Of a stretch of DNA of 64,000 nt, positions 1 through 8,878 are shown one piece after another. Position 1 is the stretch's first letter. The number at the start of each line of letters is the position of its first letter. The notes beneath the pieces were generated by a model. It ran no database searches, was not told the DNA's origin, and was given only the letters and a program-made list of their open reading frames with translations. Source of the DNA: a virus; the IMG/VR virus record IMGVR_UViG_3300037359_000101, positions 4,876 to 68,875 of that record; one strand, given 5' to 3'. Position numbers and translations under genes: made by a program.

Positions 1-585
1 ATGGAGAACCAGGGCCGGCGGCACGAGACTCAGACAAGGCTTGGTTCGCCCAATCAAGTCCTTCGGGTTGGTGGCGGTGTCGCTGTCTTGGCTGATCTCC
101 GTAACTGCCGGTTTGTCCGCCATGCCCGGGGATAACGGTCGGTATCCAGAAAGCCCCACAGAGCCATCCAAGACGGTGACAAGCCGGTAAGGATTACGTC
201 CAGAACTGAGAGGGACCAAATACCAGACCTCCAAGCCGAGATACTGGGCGATCTCTGTTTCTGCCTTCACCCCCTTCGACCCGTCCCATCCCTCCAAAAG
301 CAGCACTACGAGTTGTTTCGACACCCCGAGATACCCCCGGTCAAACTGCTCCCAGGTTGCCCAGTCCCCCGCGATGCCGCCTAGCTCATGCAGCGGGTGC
401 GAATGGGTGATGGGCGAGAAGACATTTAGGCCCTGGCTGGTAATCAACCACGCTGCCGCCTTCGTGGCCTGTTCGTATCGCCATTTCCTAATCGCCGGGT
501 CCGGGCTGGAGTAGGGACAGGCCAGATAAGTCAGGGGCGTTGCCGAATAAGTCAGGGGTGTTTTTTCTTTCACGTCTTTAATCAT
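1..585 (-). CDS. DUF1937 / nucleoside deoxyribosyltransferase-like domain fused to the start of a dATP/dGTP diphosphohydrolase-like (DUF5664) domain; runs off the window
   Basis: Not in the ORF track; hand-translated from ATG 585: MIKDVKEKTPLTYSATPLTYLACPYSSPDP...VFSPITHSHPL...GWDGSKGVKAE...TNPKDLIGRTKPCLSLVPP. YLACPYS, FSPITHSH and GWxxSxGV match DUF1937; TNPKDxIGxxKxxLSLVPP matches the DUF5664 N-terminus. Confidence 0.75.
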   Translation of the reverse strand, partial: MIKDVKEKTPLTYSATPLTYLACPYSSPDPAIRKWRYEQATKAAAWLITSQGLNVFSPITHSHPLHELGGIAGDWATWEQFDRGYLGVSKQLVVLLLEGWDGSKGVKAETEIAQYLGLEVWYLVPLSSGRNPYRLVTVLDGSVGLSGYRPLSPGMADKPAVTEISQDSDTATNPKDLIGRTKPCLSLVPPALVLH

Positions 586-612
586 AACACGCGTGCCTCG
601 TATAGACAACCG

Positions 613-1572
613 CTATTCGCGGATTTGTGACAGGAATTCGTCCACCGACAACAGCCGGGGCGACGGCACCGGATACTTGTCGTCATTCCACACCGCCCAG
701 AACTTCATCCCGCTGGGCGTCTGGCTTAGCTTGGTCGTGATGTCGCGCTCGATGCCATCCGCCAGCGGGTTCGTCAGCGGCTTTCCCCCGCGCGCGGACC
801 GGGTGAGACTATTACAGAGAACGTGATACGGAGCAAATCCCGCTTGACGCAACCCCTGGTATTGTTCGGTCGTTTCAACGCTCGTCACCACGATGGGGTT
901 CTTCAAGTCGTTGGCCCGGACGGCGCGCGACAACAAGCTCCTGATCCAGAATCCCGGCGTCCCAAACTCTTGTGGATTGACACCGAAAAGCGCCAGCCCA
1001 TCCTTGCCGGCACTGCGAATGTGAATCGTGAAAAGCGCCCGCGCGGGAGTCATCGGCGTGGTATCGTTGCCGTCGCCCCAAGCGCGCACCTCGCCCACAA
1101 ACTGATTCAGCGCTCCCTTGTCCTGCACCGGGCCGAATGCCGTGGCGGCCATAGCGTAGATCGGATCATCGAATTCCAAAACCGTAGCCCCCAGTTGGGC
1201 GGCCAGCCAAGACTTGCCTACCCGAGAGTGGCCCGTAAAGAACAGGGTGGGGACGCCCCTCACCAGCACCGACGTTTTATGCACTGCTCCGCTAACCGGC
1301 TGTTGTTTTTGCGCGGGTTTCGGCAGCACATTGGCCTTGGTCAGCTTGGGCAACGGCGCGGGCTGCCCTTCCGGTATTGCCGCAGCGGCCCCCGCAACGA
1401 GCTTGTTCATGGCCGCGCGCTCTTCGGGCGGCACTTCGGCCCCGGTGATGTTCGGGTCGTTAAGCATCCCGCACAGGGCTCGCAAGGACGCGGTATCATT
1501 CCCCATCGCCCCCGGGTCCATCGGACGCTTCAGCGCCGCCGGTTTCATGTCTAAAGTATTGGTCTCGCTCAT
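613..1572 (-). CDS. deoxynucleoside monophosphate kinase-like P-loop protein with low-complexity N-terminus
   Basis: FFTGHSRVGKS Walker A followed by FDDPIYAMA (the FADPLK-like motif of phage dNMP kinases). Confidence 0.6.
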   Translation of the reverse strand: MSETNTLDMKPAALKRPMDPGAMGNDTASLRALCGMLNDPNITGAEVPPEERAAMNKLVAGAAAAIPEGQPAPLPKLTKANVLPKPAQKQQPVSGAVHKTSVLVRGVPTLFFTGHSRVGKSWLAAQLGATVLEFDDPIYAMAATAFGPVQDKGALNQFVGEVRAWGDGNDTTPMTPARALFTIHIRSAGKDGLALFGVNPQEFGTPGFWIRSLLSRAVRANDLKNPIVVTSVETTEQYQGLRQAGFAPYHVLCNSLTRSARGGKPLTNPLADGIERDITTKLSQTPSGMKFWAVWNDDKYPVPSPRLLSVDEFLSQIRE

Positions 1573-1696
1573 ATATCAGTTTAGTTTTCGACGTTACAAT
1601 TTCACTCTTGCAGGGTTTCGCCGGCAACTCGGTGGGCTGCTCCAACTCCAACAGAGACAGGAACGCACGCCGCCAAGCTGTCAGCAGGATCGTCAT
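1496..1696 (-). CDS. hypothetical protein
   Basis: ATG 1696 overlaps the upstream TGA (ATGA coupling). Confidence 0.4.
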   Translation of the reverse strand: MTILLTAWRRAFLSLLELEQPTELPAKPCKSEIVTSKTKLIYERDQYFRHETGGAEASDGPGGDGE

Positions 1697-2280
1697 CGGG
1701 TGGCGTAGGTGGGAGAGATTTCGCTCGGGACGGACCCCAAGCGGCACCAGTGCAATTCGCCGTTGCTCCAGAAGAAGCTCGCCCGCAGCGCCGGGACGAA
1801 AAGCAGGTCAGCCGCGCCGATGTTCCCGATGACGAGGTTCTCCCGCGTGCCCAGTTCCTCGGCAGCGGCGTCCAAGAAAAGGTCGATCTGAGCGGCCCGG
1901 AGGTTCAGCCCTGCGATCAGCCGTTCGATCACTGGATTCGGATTCCCCGAGGCAGCTTGGAGACCGATGGCCGCTGAATACTTGCGCTGCACCCCCCGGC
2001 GCTTTTTCTCAGCCCGATGCTGCCACTTGCCAATCTGCGCCAGGGTAAATCCCGGCATCTTGCGCGCCAGCTTTTCCGATGCGGGCTTCCGCTCAGCGGT
2101 GGAAATGAATTCCCGGCTCCGGGCAGTCATCAGCACTTTGCGCTCCCGGTTGGTCATCCGCCGGCCCTTCTGGCTGAGAAGGTCCATCGCCACACTCTCG
2201 GGCAGGTGGTCAGTATTGGTCTGACGCAGTTGCCTGATCTCGATTTGTTCGTTGCTCAATTTGTTCTTTGCGTTTTTCAT
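1693..2280 (-). CDS. hypothetical basic protein
   Basis: Likely start MKNAKNK at 2280; coupled to neighbours. Confidence 0.6.
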   Translation of the reverse strand: MKNAKNKLSNEQIEIRQLRQTNTDHLPESVAMDLLSQKGRRMTNRERKVLMTARSREFISTAERKPASEKLARKMPGFTLAQIGKWQHRAEKKRRGVQRKYSAAIGLQAASGNPNPVIERLIAGLNLRAAQIDLFLDAAAEELGTRENLVIGNIGAADLLFVPALRASFFWSNGELHWCRLGSVPSEISPTYATR

Positions 2281-2285
2281 AAAAG

Positions 2286-2525
2286 TCAGTCTCCGTCTTT
2301 GCCCGCGTGAAACGCCTCTAGGGCAAGTCGTTCCGTTCGGAACGCCCGCGCGTGGAGCATTTGCCGCAAAGCCCACCTGCGGAATCGGTGCAGGTCTCGT
2401 CGCTCCGCCAGCAGCCCGCTGTTCGCCTGCCGCAGATAGAACACGTCGCGCTCAAGCTCCAAGTGAATCGCCGGATTGGGCAAATTCCACCGGCGGCACA
2501 GAAAAGAAATCAGCCGACGTTTCAT
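2286..2525 (-). CDS. hypothetical protein
   Basis: ATG 2525 overlaps the upstream stop (ATGA). Confidence 0.5.
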   Translation of the reverse strand: MKRRLISFLCRRWNLPNPAIHLELERDVFYLRQANSGLLAERRDLHRFRRWALRQMLHARAFRTERLALEAFHAGKDGD

Positions 2526-2710
2526 GGCTGGAGTGTCCTGGGAATCGCGAGCTTCACGCCGTCGTCGTCGTGGTGTTCCCAGAAGAGTCGCTCTAGGTCT
2601 GGAAAGGTGGATTCCTCCCACCCAAACCGATTGCACTCATCTATCCATCGGAGACACGCGCGGATTCCCTTGATGGTGGCCGCCGCCGGGCGCTTGGTTT
2701 CTACTGGCAT
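2522..2710 (-). CDS. hypothetical protein
   Basis: ATG start; tiles the operon. Confidence 0.5.
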   Translation of the reverse strand: MPVETKRPAAATIKGIRACLRWIDECNRFGWEESTFPDLERLFWEHHDDDGVKLAIPRTLQP

Positions 2711-2982
2711 GATCCGCCCTCCGGTCTGCGATCTGCCGCCGCTATCAGGCGCGTCATCTCTTGGTTGAATGCCTCCTGGACCTCTGGGAAAACAAACTTC
2801 GCCACTCTGCCGGGCTGCCCATAAAGCTTCACCTGCTTGTTGCCCCGGCGCGCAAATCCGTCAGGCGCTTCGCTCCGGTGGAAGTCAATCCCCGAGTAGT
2901 TGGCGCGCCAGCCGGGGCTGCGCTCCTTGTCTCCTTTGCCCGCGCTGTGGTTGAGAAGGTCGTGTGTGTGTGAGTGGTTCAT
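2701..2982 (-). CDS. hypothetical protein
   Basis: ATG start; AGKGDKER motif seen in small phage proteins; tiles the operon. Confidence 0.55.
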   Translation of the reverse strand: MNHSHTHDLLNHSAGKGDKERSPGWRANYSGIDFHRSEAPDGFARRGNKQVKLYGQPGRVAKFVFPEVQEAFNQEMTRLIAAADRRPEGGSCQ

Positions 2983-2983
2983 A

Positions 2984-3127
2984 TCAGTTTGCTTGTTGCT
3001 GTGCCCGCGCTGTCTGCACCGCTTCCGGGAGATCGTGCGCGGCGAGAAGAAAAGCCATTACTACGATGGCCACGGCGGCACCGATAAGCCAGCCAGAGAA
3101 AAAGAACAAGGCGTAGGTGGGTATCAT
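2984..3127 (-). CDS. small membrane protein
   Basis: MIPTYALFFFSGWLIGAAVAIVVMAFLLAA hydrophobic helix. Confidence 0.5.
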   Translation of the reverse strand: MIPTYALFFFSGWLIGAAVAIVVMAFLLAAHDLPEAVQTARAQQQAN

Positions 3128-3131
3128 TGGA

Positions 3132-3350
3132 TCAAGTATCAAGCGTGCCGTGGTATTCGACGCTCCGGGCGACCCCCAAGTCCGGGAATTCCGGTTTTCC
3201 TTTGCAGAATCGCCGAGCGGATCGGCGGCACTCGGTTTCACTTTTTTCGTCGGTGGTGATGTTAAGCCACACCCATCCCGGGTGCCCGTGCTTGTTGTGA
3301 TGCACGAGCACCCGGTAGAGATGGCGTCCAATGTGACTAGCTCTTGACAT
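3132..3350 (-). CDS. hypothetical protein
   Basis: Tiles the operon. Confidence 0.45.
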   Translation of the reverse strand: MSRASHIGRHLYRVLVHHNKHGHPGWVWLNITTDEKSETECRRSARRFCKGKPEFPDLGVARSVEYHGTLDT

Positions 3351-3690
3351 TATCCGGTGCTGGTGGCTGCTGGAGCGAGACGACGCTACTCGGCTCGGGT
3401 TGTTGTCTCTCTTCCTTCGGCGGCGGTTGCGGAATCGACTGGCGTTGCTGGATCACCTGGAACGCAGTTCCCAGGAGTCCGGCCATGCCTTGCACCAGCG
3501 GCTTGTATTCATTCTCCACGATGGCCCACCGGGCGAGCAAGTCGCCGGCATTCGCGCGGAGTGTGGTGGTCACAAAGGCGTCCAGGGCACGCTTCTCCCC
3601 CGCGTCTTCCGACACGATGATCTTCTTCGCGTCGAGTTCTGCGATGCGACTTAGCGCACCGCCCAGTTCTGTCAGTGTTTTGCTTTCCAT
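3337..3690 (-). CDS. hypothetical protein
   Basis: ATG start; helical protein-like composition. Confidence 0.65.
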   Translation of the reverse strand: MESKTLTELGGALSRIAELDAKKIIVSEDAGEKRALDAFVTTTLRANAGDLLARWAIVENEYKPLVQGMAGLLGTAFQVIQQRQSIPQPPPKEERQQPEPSSVVSLQQPPAPDNVKS

Positions 3691-4016
3691 AAAGTATTAC
3701 TTGCGTTTGTGACCCAGACCGCGTCGGGGCAAATCGCCAGTTCGTCGCACCACCAGTTTCCGCAAGCAGCACTAGCCTGTTCCTTCGTGGCGTGCTCTAC
3801 AACGGTCGTTTCGCCGTCGGGCCACCGGGCACAGGAATTCCATCGCTCCGGGACGCGGTTGCGGACTACCCCCGCGATGTCCTCTGACAGGTCAGCGCGC
3901 AGGCAATCCACGGTGGCCCGACAGTGGGGAGGACAGTTCGCCGCCATCCATTCGATCAGCGGCTGCGCCGCTGCGCCGAATTCCTCAAATTGCTTGGCTG
4001 TGAGAGAGGACTTCAT
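3672..4016 (-). CDS. hypothetical protein
   Basis: AAQPLIEWMAANCPPH resembles a common small phage protein; tiles the operon. Confidence 0.55.
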   Translation of the reverse strand: MKSSLTAKQFEEFGAAAQPLIEWMAANCPPHCRATVDCLRADLSEDIAGVVRNRVPERWNSCARWPDGETTVVEHATKEQASAACGNWWCDELAICPDAVWVTNASNTLWKAKH

Positions 4017-4019
4017 AAA

Positions 4020-4220
4020 CTACTTGCCGGCGTATTTGCCTGACGCCGCAACTTTGCAACAGGGCACCGAGCCGCCGCAGCAGGGTTTGGCATCCTTGGG
4101 ATCGGTAAGAGCGCCAGCGGATTGCTGCGCTTTGATGGCTTCGATGGTTTTGCGTTTCTCTTCGGCATTCTTCCGCTGCTCGGGAGACTGACCGGTCGTG
4201 CTGTTTAGTCGAACATTCAT
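4020..4220 (-). CDS. small Cys-containing hypothetical protein
   Basis: ATG start; CCGGSVPCC. Confidence 0.5.
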   Translation of the reverse strand: MNVRLNSTTGQSPEQRKNAEEKRKTIEAIKAQQSAGALTDPKDAKPCCGGSVPCCKVAASGKYAGK

Positions 4221-4299
4221 ATTATCTTTTGCTGTCGTTGTTATTCATTACCCGCAAACCTTAGCACCGCTGGCGAAAAGGCAAAACCGCTATTTTCAA

Positions 4300-5196
4300 T
4301 TAACTCACACCCCGCGCGTCGCTGCCGCCGCAGAGCCCCGGGCTTGCCGGAAGGGGCGAGGACGTAGTGTAGGTAGCATAGGGGGCCCCCGTCCAGTTCG
4401 GCGGCAGCGGGCCCGGACCAGGGTGATAAGGCCAGCCGGGCTGCATCGGGGTTATGTTGGGCTGCGGACATGGCGTGGTGGGAAAATAGGGGACGGCGTT
4501 TACACACACCGCCAGGTTCTTGACTTCCTCCGTCAAGCGCTTAATGTTCTCCGTCTGGGCCTGGAGACCGGCGAAAAGGGAATCCACCACTTCCGAGAGC
4601 CGCTTGACGGTGGTGTCCAAGGCCGCATACTTGTCCTGCACTTCCTGGATGCGGGTCCGCCACAGGCCCATCATCTCCTCGAACGTGCCTGAGATCGTGC
4701 GCCGCCGGCTGTTGTCGGCGCGCCGGTCCTGCCGCTGCTTCTCCTGGTCTGCGCCCGTGGTGAGCGCGCCCAGCTTCAGCAGGTGGGCCTCAATGTCCTT
4801 GAGCATCTGAAGCGCGTCCGGCTCCCCCACCATGTCCAGCTTGGCCCGCTCCACGGAGAGGTTTAGCTCGCCGTCAGTGGGCTCGTGAGCCCCCCGGAGC
4901 TTGTATTTCCAGAAATACATCTTCACCATGTCGGCGAAGCGAAAAGCGTTCTGGAGGTCCGGCCCGCGGAGCAACCCCAGCGTGCGCTGCGCGCCGCCTA
5001 GATACATGCGCACTGCCCAAGTCGTGAAGTCGGGCATGGGTGACACCAGCCGTCGGCTGGCGTCGGGGTTGCGCTGAAGCTCGTTGCAGGTGTCTTCCTC
5101 CAAGGGCGACAGTTCAGTTTGCCACTGAAGGGTGCCCAGGCGCTTAGCGATTACGTTGAGATCAGGATCGATTGCGTGACGGCCTATGATTTTCAT
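4300..5196 (-). CDS. hypothetical protein with coiled coil and Pro-rich C-terminus
   Basis: Likely start MKIIGRH at 5196, 7 nt downstream of a promoter-like motif. Confidence 0.7.
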   Translation of the reverse strand: MKIIGRHAIDPDLNVIAKRLGTLQWQTELSPLEEDTCNELQRNPDASRRLVSPMPDFTTWAVRMYLGGAQRTLGLLRGPDLQNAFRFADMVKMYFWKYKLRGAHEPTDGELNLSVERAKLDMVGEPDALQMLKDIEAHLLKLGALTTGADQEKQRQDRRADNSRRRTISGTFEEMMGLWRTRIQEVQDKYAALDTTVKRLSEVVDSLFAGLQAQTENIKRLTEEVKNLAVCVNAVPYFPTTPCPQPNITPMQPGWPYHPGPGPLPPNWTGAPYATYTTSSPLPASPGLCGGSDARGVS

Positions 5197-5203
5197 ACAC
5201 CCA

Positions 5204-5232
5204 GTAGTCGCACAGAAGTTCTGACATGTCAA
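5204..5232 (-). promoter_or_regulatory. putative phage-sigma promoter TTGACA-N17-GACTAC
   Basis: Matches the motif repeated before several genes. Confidence 0.55.
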
Positions 5233-5339
5233 CCGATAACAGATAGACTGTTCGCCATGTCGCCTATGGTATGCTAACGGCCTAATCAGGGGACAAGCGA
5301 ACGGACGTAAGTGCATAAACATCAATGAGGCTGGTAATT

Positions 5340-5570
5340 AGCGCGCTTCGCAAGAGCGTCAATGACCCGGGGTATTCTCCCAGACCCCCCTATCCGGGGC
5401 GTGGGGCTGGCGGCCCCCCTATTTATATATATATTTTCTATTGGAGAAGATATGGAGCGTTGACGGTCGTGAATAGTGAAAAGATACCCTACATGACTTG
5501 GAGTGAAGAGACGAATCCCAATGTGGGCTAACTAAATATCACTATTCTAACCTAGCAGTCAGAATAGAAA
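5340..5570. other. divergent intergenic region with AT-rich core; candidate replication origin or control region
   Basis: Strand switch; TATTTATATATATATTTTCTATT at about 5419-5442, preceded by G/C runs, in a GC-rich genome. Confidence 0.3.
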
Positions 5571-5609
5571 CCGACGGTTCGCCGATTCGACAATTCGCCG
5601 TGCCGGCGG

Positions 5610-5638
5610 TTGCCGCGGGGACCTTTTCTAGGGACTAT
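5610..5638 (+). promoter_or_regulatory. putative phage-sigma promoter TTGCCG-N17-GACTAT
   Basis: Motif match; GTG start 5 nt downstream at 5644. Confidence 0.5.
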
Positions 5639-5643
5639 TGGAC

Positions 5644-5868
5644 GTGAGCAATTTTTCTGGACCCGCGCCGAAGCCGGCGGATGCCGGGCTTTTCGGATCG
5701 CACGCCGCACACGGGCTGGCCGCCCTCAACAAGCAATCCCGCAAGGAGCTTCGGGACGGAGCCCGAGCCCGCTTCTGGAGTCAGAAGCAGGCGGCTGACG
5801 CCCGGGCGGCGGCCAGCGCCGCGCCCACCGTCGCCACCCCGCAGGAAACCTCAACCCCCGCGCAATGA
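5644..5868 (+). CDS. hypothetical protein
   Basis: ORF directly before the next gene; GTG 5644 chosen as start. Confidence 0.5.
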   Translation: MSNFSGPAPKPADAGLFGSHAAHGLAALNKQSRKELRDGARARFWSQKQAADARAAASAAPTVATPQETSTPAQ

Positions 5869-5869
5869 A

Positions 5870-6673
5870 ATGAGCTACGGAGTAAAAAAGGACGCGTCTC
5901 AGACCAGCGTAAAGGCCCAGCAGCCCCGTCGGACCCGGCTGGAGTTGGAGAACGCCACGAAGATCGCAGGCATCCGGTGCAGTGTGCTCCCCGAGGAGTT
6001 TGGTGTCGAGGCCGCTGTGCGGATTGACGCTGACCAGATTTTCCTCCTCTACGCCACGTTCTGCGGGGACATACAGAAGACAGCCCACGCTTCCGGGGCC
6101 ACGGTGAAGGAAGTCGCGGCGTTGGTCGCGCGCAACGATTGGGACGAGCGTATCCGAGGGCTGATCGAAATTAAGAAGACGGACAAGGCCGGCGAGATCG
6201 AGCGGGGCATCAGCCGGGCCATGAACTTCGTCCAGGCGCACCGCTGCCGCATGTATATCGAAGCCATCCTTCGGGACTTGACTCAGCGGGACCTGAAGGA
6301 GGTGTTGAACCTTTTCATTAAGGACAGAGTGAGCAAGGAGGGTGCTGTTACCGGCTCCGAGCTTTCGTTCAAGCCCATCTCTGATTTGACGGCGGCGATG
6401 GAGAAGGTTCACTGGATGACGTATCAAGCGCTGTGCGATTCTGCTGCTGAGCGTGTCAAGCGCAAAGAGAAGGTGGACGACGATGTAACCGAGACCGATA
6501 TTCACGCGCGCATATCGAAGGCGCTGTCCTCCATGCGCGCTGCTCAGCCCCTCGCTCAACTCAGAGACGCCCAGGAGGACATGGCCGCGCACATTGCCGC
6601 TACGCCCTCCGTGACCGGCATCGTTGACCCTCCGTCTGCGTCAGCCGCGCCAGCCGCGCCACCCCCTCCATAA
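5870..6673 (+). CDS. HTH-containing protein, possible terminase small subunit
   Basis: Start MSYGVKK; FLLYATFCGDIQKTAHASGATVKEV resembles an HTH, followed by W.ER and helical segments; TerS call is inference from size and architecture. Confidence 0.4.
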   Translation: MSYGVKKDASQTSVKAQQPRRTRLELENATKIAGIRCSVLPEEFGVEAAVRIDADQIFLLYATFCGDIQKTAHASGATVKEVAALVARNDWDERIRGLIEIKKTDKAGEIERGISRAMNFVQAHRCRMYIEAILRDLTQRDLKEVLNLFIKDRVSKEGAVTGSELSFKPISDLTAAMEKVHWMTYQALCDSAAERVKRKEKVDDDVTETDIHARISKALSSMRAAQPLAQLRDAQEDMAAHIAATPSVTGIVDPPSASAAPAAPPPP

Positions 6674-6798
6674 GTTTACGACCCAGTCTGGGCTAGGCGG
6701 TTAAGCTAGCCTAATCATAAGTAAGTCACTCAAGATTAGGTAGTATAGCCGAAGCGAGAAGATCGCGCGGGCGCGCCGGGGAAGGTGAGTCGTCCCTA

Positions 6799-6862
6799 TA
6801 TGCTCCCCATACGATACTGGTATGCTCCCCATACGATACTGGTATGCTCCCCATATGATACC
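6799..6862. repeat. 22-bp tandem repeat, about 3 copies (TATGCTCCCCATACGATACTGG)
   Basis: Copies at 6799, 6821 and 6843 (third partial), in non-coding DNA. Confidence 0.9.
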
Positions 6863-7158
6863 ACAACAAGAAGTTGCGAGATTTCGTAACCTCGACCCGG
6901 ATGTCCGCTGTAGCGGCTATAATCTGTTCGTCGTTCTGTGGAATTCCCAACAGCCCCACGGATGGCCGCTGGACCGGCTATCCGGCGGACCTGGATCAGG
7001 TCCTCGGCAGGCCACCTCCCCCGGGGTGGCGGGAGGGCCTCGGGGGGTTTCGGCTGGCTGGAAGTCGCTTAGGCGCTATACCGAGGGACAAGAAAAAGGG
7101 GATCGCGGGCCGCCCGGCCCGGTCAGAAAAAGGTAGCAGCTTTTCTGACAGAAAGCGG

Positions 7159-7188
7159 TTGTGTCTTTGCCGACAGTCTGATAGGATT
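7159..7188 (+). promoter_or_regulatory. host sigma70-like promoter TTGTGT-N17-TAGGAT
   Basis: -10 box with TG extension, about 7 nt before ATG 7196. Confidence 0.4.
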
Positions 7189-7195
7189 TTTCAAT

Positions 7196-7891
7196 ATGAA
7201 TGGTTGTCCGTATTGCGTCGAAGACAGCGGTGATGTTTGCCGAGCGCGGCGTTCTCCCGGGGGCCGGTACTGCACGAGACCTTTGGGACACGAGGGAACG
7301 CATGTGGCGTGCGGCACTGACAAGCATGTTGTGGAAAGCTGGGAACAAGGCTCGCCGAATCGGCGAAATTTCGATCCGGTGAATTCAACACCCAAAGAAC
7401 AAGCAGCTAACTGGAACAAGAACAACCCGATTGGAACCCAGGTCACAATGACGAGAGATGGCGGGGAGGTTCAAACCACCAGGACAAGTAGTGCTGCTTG
7501 GGTGGCCGCGTGTGGGGGCGCAGTGGTCCTCATGGAGGGCGTCAGGGGGGCTTACTTGTTGGATCGGGTGAAGCCGGTGAAGTTGACGAAATCAACACCC
7601 GAAGAAATCGTGGCTCGCATCAACGGCTACCTTCAGTCCGGCGGGCTGTTTAACCCCGAGATGGTCGAGCATGAAAAAGTTCGGGACCTTCTGCTCGACT
7701 GCCGGGATACCCTCACGAAGCCGAAGCCGAAACCTCCTTTGGGAATTGACCCCGAATACCTTTGGAAGGACAGGCGCATCGAAGCGCTGTCGGAGGCGAT
7801 TGACCGCTACGTCTGCGGGGGCTTCTTGCTTCCATGCGTAACCGAGTGGGCGCTGGAGCGGCGTAAGCTCGAAGGAGTTGCGCCAGCATGA
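7196..7891 (+). CDS. hypothetical mosaic protein
   Basis: ATG start; Cys/His-rich N-terminus; WNKNNPIGTQV and LQSGGLFNPE segments typical of phage accessory proteins. Confidence 0.65.
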   Translation: MNGCPYCVEDSGDVCRARRSPGGRYCTRPLGHEGTHVACGTDKHVVESWEQGSPNRRNFDPVNSTPKEQAANWNKNNPIGTQVTMTRDGGEVQTTRTSSAAWVAACGGAVVLMEGVRGAYLLDRVKPVKLTKSTPEEIVARINGYLQSGGLFNPEMVEHEKVRDLLLDCRDTLTKPKPKPPLGIDPEYLWKDRRIEALSEAIDRYVCGGFLLPCVTEWALERRKLEGVAPA

Positions 7892-8481
7892 ACACTCCAA
7901 AGACTCTCGAAAGCGGACAGCCTCCGTTGGCTGACGCGATTGGTTCGGCTGAATCGCGTGAACAGACATTAGAGCGGCTCGTGAAAAGTTTACACGATGA
8001 ACTTACTCATTGCCTGCGCCGGGGCGTAAAATGGGAATGCGGCCCAGCGTGGGCTGCCGTATCGGAGGCCCGCGAATTGCTGGCACTCGAAGCTCCGCAG
8101 CATCACTTTAAGGAGGACGGGTCGGAGGGCGCGACGGTGGAGGTGCAGCCCTATCGCGGCGCAGTCCTCGTGTCGAAAGCGCCAGCGGAATGCGTGGCAC
8201 TGACTTTCCGCCGAAGTGATGTGCGCGCGTCGTGGAGTGCTCAGCTAGTCGGAATCTTTGGGAAAGGTTCCGACGCTTTTCTCGCCGGCAAAAAGGCGGA
8301 GGAGAACCCGTATGTGTGGGCGCGCTGCGGATTCAATCGCCAGCGGCACGACTACTGGCGGCAGGGCTGGGAGTCGGAGCGGGACATTGCTATGGACCAG
8401 CGCCTGTTTGACCGTGCTCAGCGCATCGGCAGGGGCCGGGTGGGGACCTGCGGGCACGAGGCAAAAGAGGTGGCGGCGTGA
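7888..8481 (+). CDS. hypothetical protein with Rmf/CrpP-like C-terminal motif
   Basis: GSDAFLAGKKAEENPY...YWRQGW matches the GxxAxxxGxxxxxNPY...WxxGW pattern. Confidence 0.55.
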   Translation: MNTPKTLESGQPPLADAIGSAESREQTLERLVKSLHDELTHCLRRGVKWECGPAWAAVSEARELLALEAPQHHFKEDGSEGATVEVQPYRGAVLVSKAPAECVALTFRRSDVRASWSAQLVGIFGKGSDAFLAGKKAEENPYVWARCGFNRQRHDYWRQGWESERDIAMDQRLFDRAQRIGRGRVGTCGHEAKEVAA

Positions 8482-8846
8482 GCGTGGCCACTGTCATAGT
8501 GCCGAGCCGGGAGCGCGCCGATTGTTCGGTCCGCGCCCTGGCGGCAGCCGCTGGATACCCTTATGAGACTGCGGCGAAGGTTGTGGCCGCGTGGGGGAGG
8601 AAGTCTCGGGCGAGTATGCCGTGGTCCAAGTGGGTTCCCGGGATGCTCCGAAACGGTTTCGAGATGGCGCCCGAGGCTGCCGGGGTTACAGTTGAGACGG
8701 CCCTGAAGGCGCTTCCTGCGGGACGGTATGTCTTCCGAGTGCCCCGCCACGTTTTCGCTGTGGTGGATGGGGTCGCGCACGATCACAAGCCGGTTAATCC
8801 CCGGCAACGGGTGAAGATGGCCTACCGGCGTATTGAATCTGTGTAA
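8478..8846 (+). CDS. small papain-like (Cys/His) phage protein
   Basis: DCSVRALA...HVFAVVDG motifs; GTGA coupling. Confidence 0.55.
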   Translation: MSVATVIVPSRERADCSVRALAAAAGYPYETAAKVVAAWGRKSRASMPWSKWVPGMLRNGFEMAPEAAGVTVETALKALPAGRYVFRVPRHVFAVVDGVAHDHKPVNPRQRVKMAYRRIESV

Positions 8847-8878
8847 ACACTTTCAGCAAACATTAACAAAATAACATT

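Noticed and set aside
525-560. Direct repeat ATAAGTCAGGGG as a regulatory site
   Set aside because: Lies within the minus-strand CDS and encodes a duplicated TPLTY peptide
6799-6862. CRISPR array
   Set aside because: Repeats are directly adjacent with no spacers; no cas operon (the Cas4-like gene is a typical phage replication nuclease)
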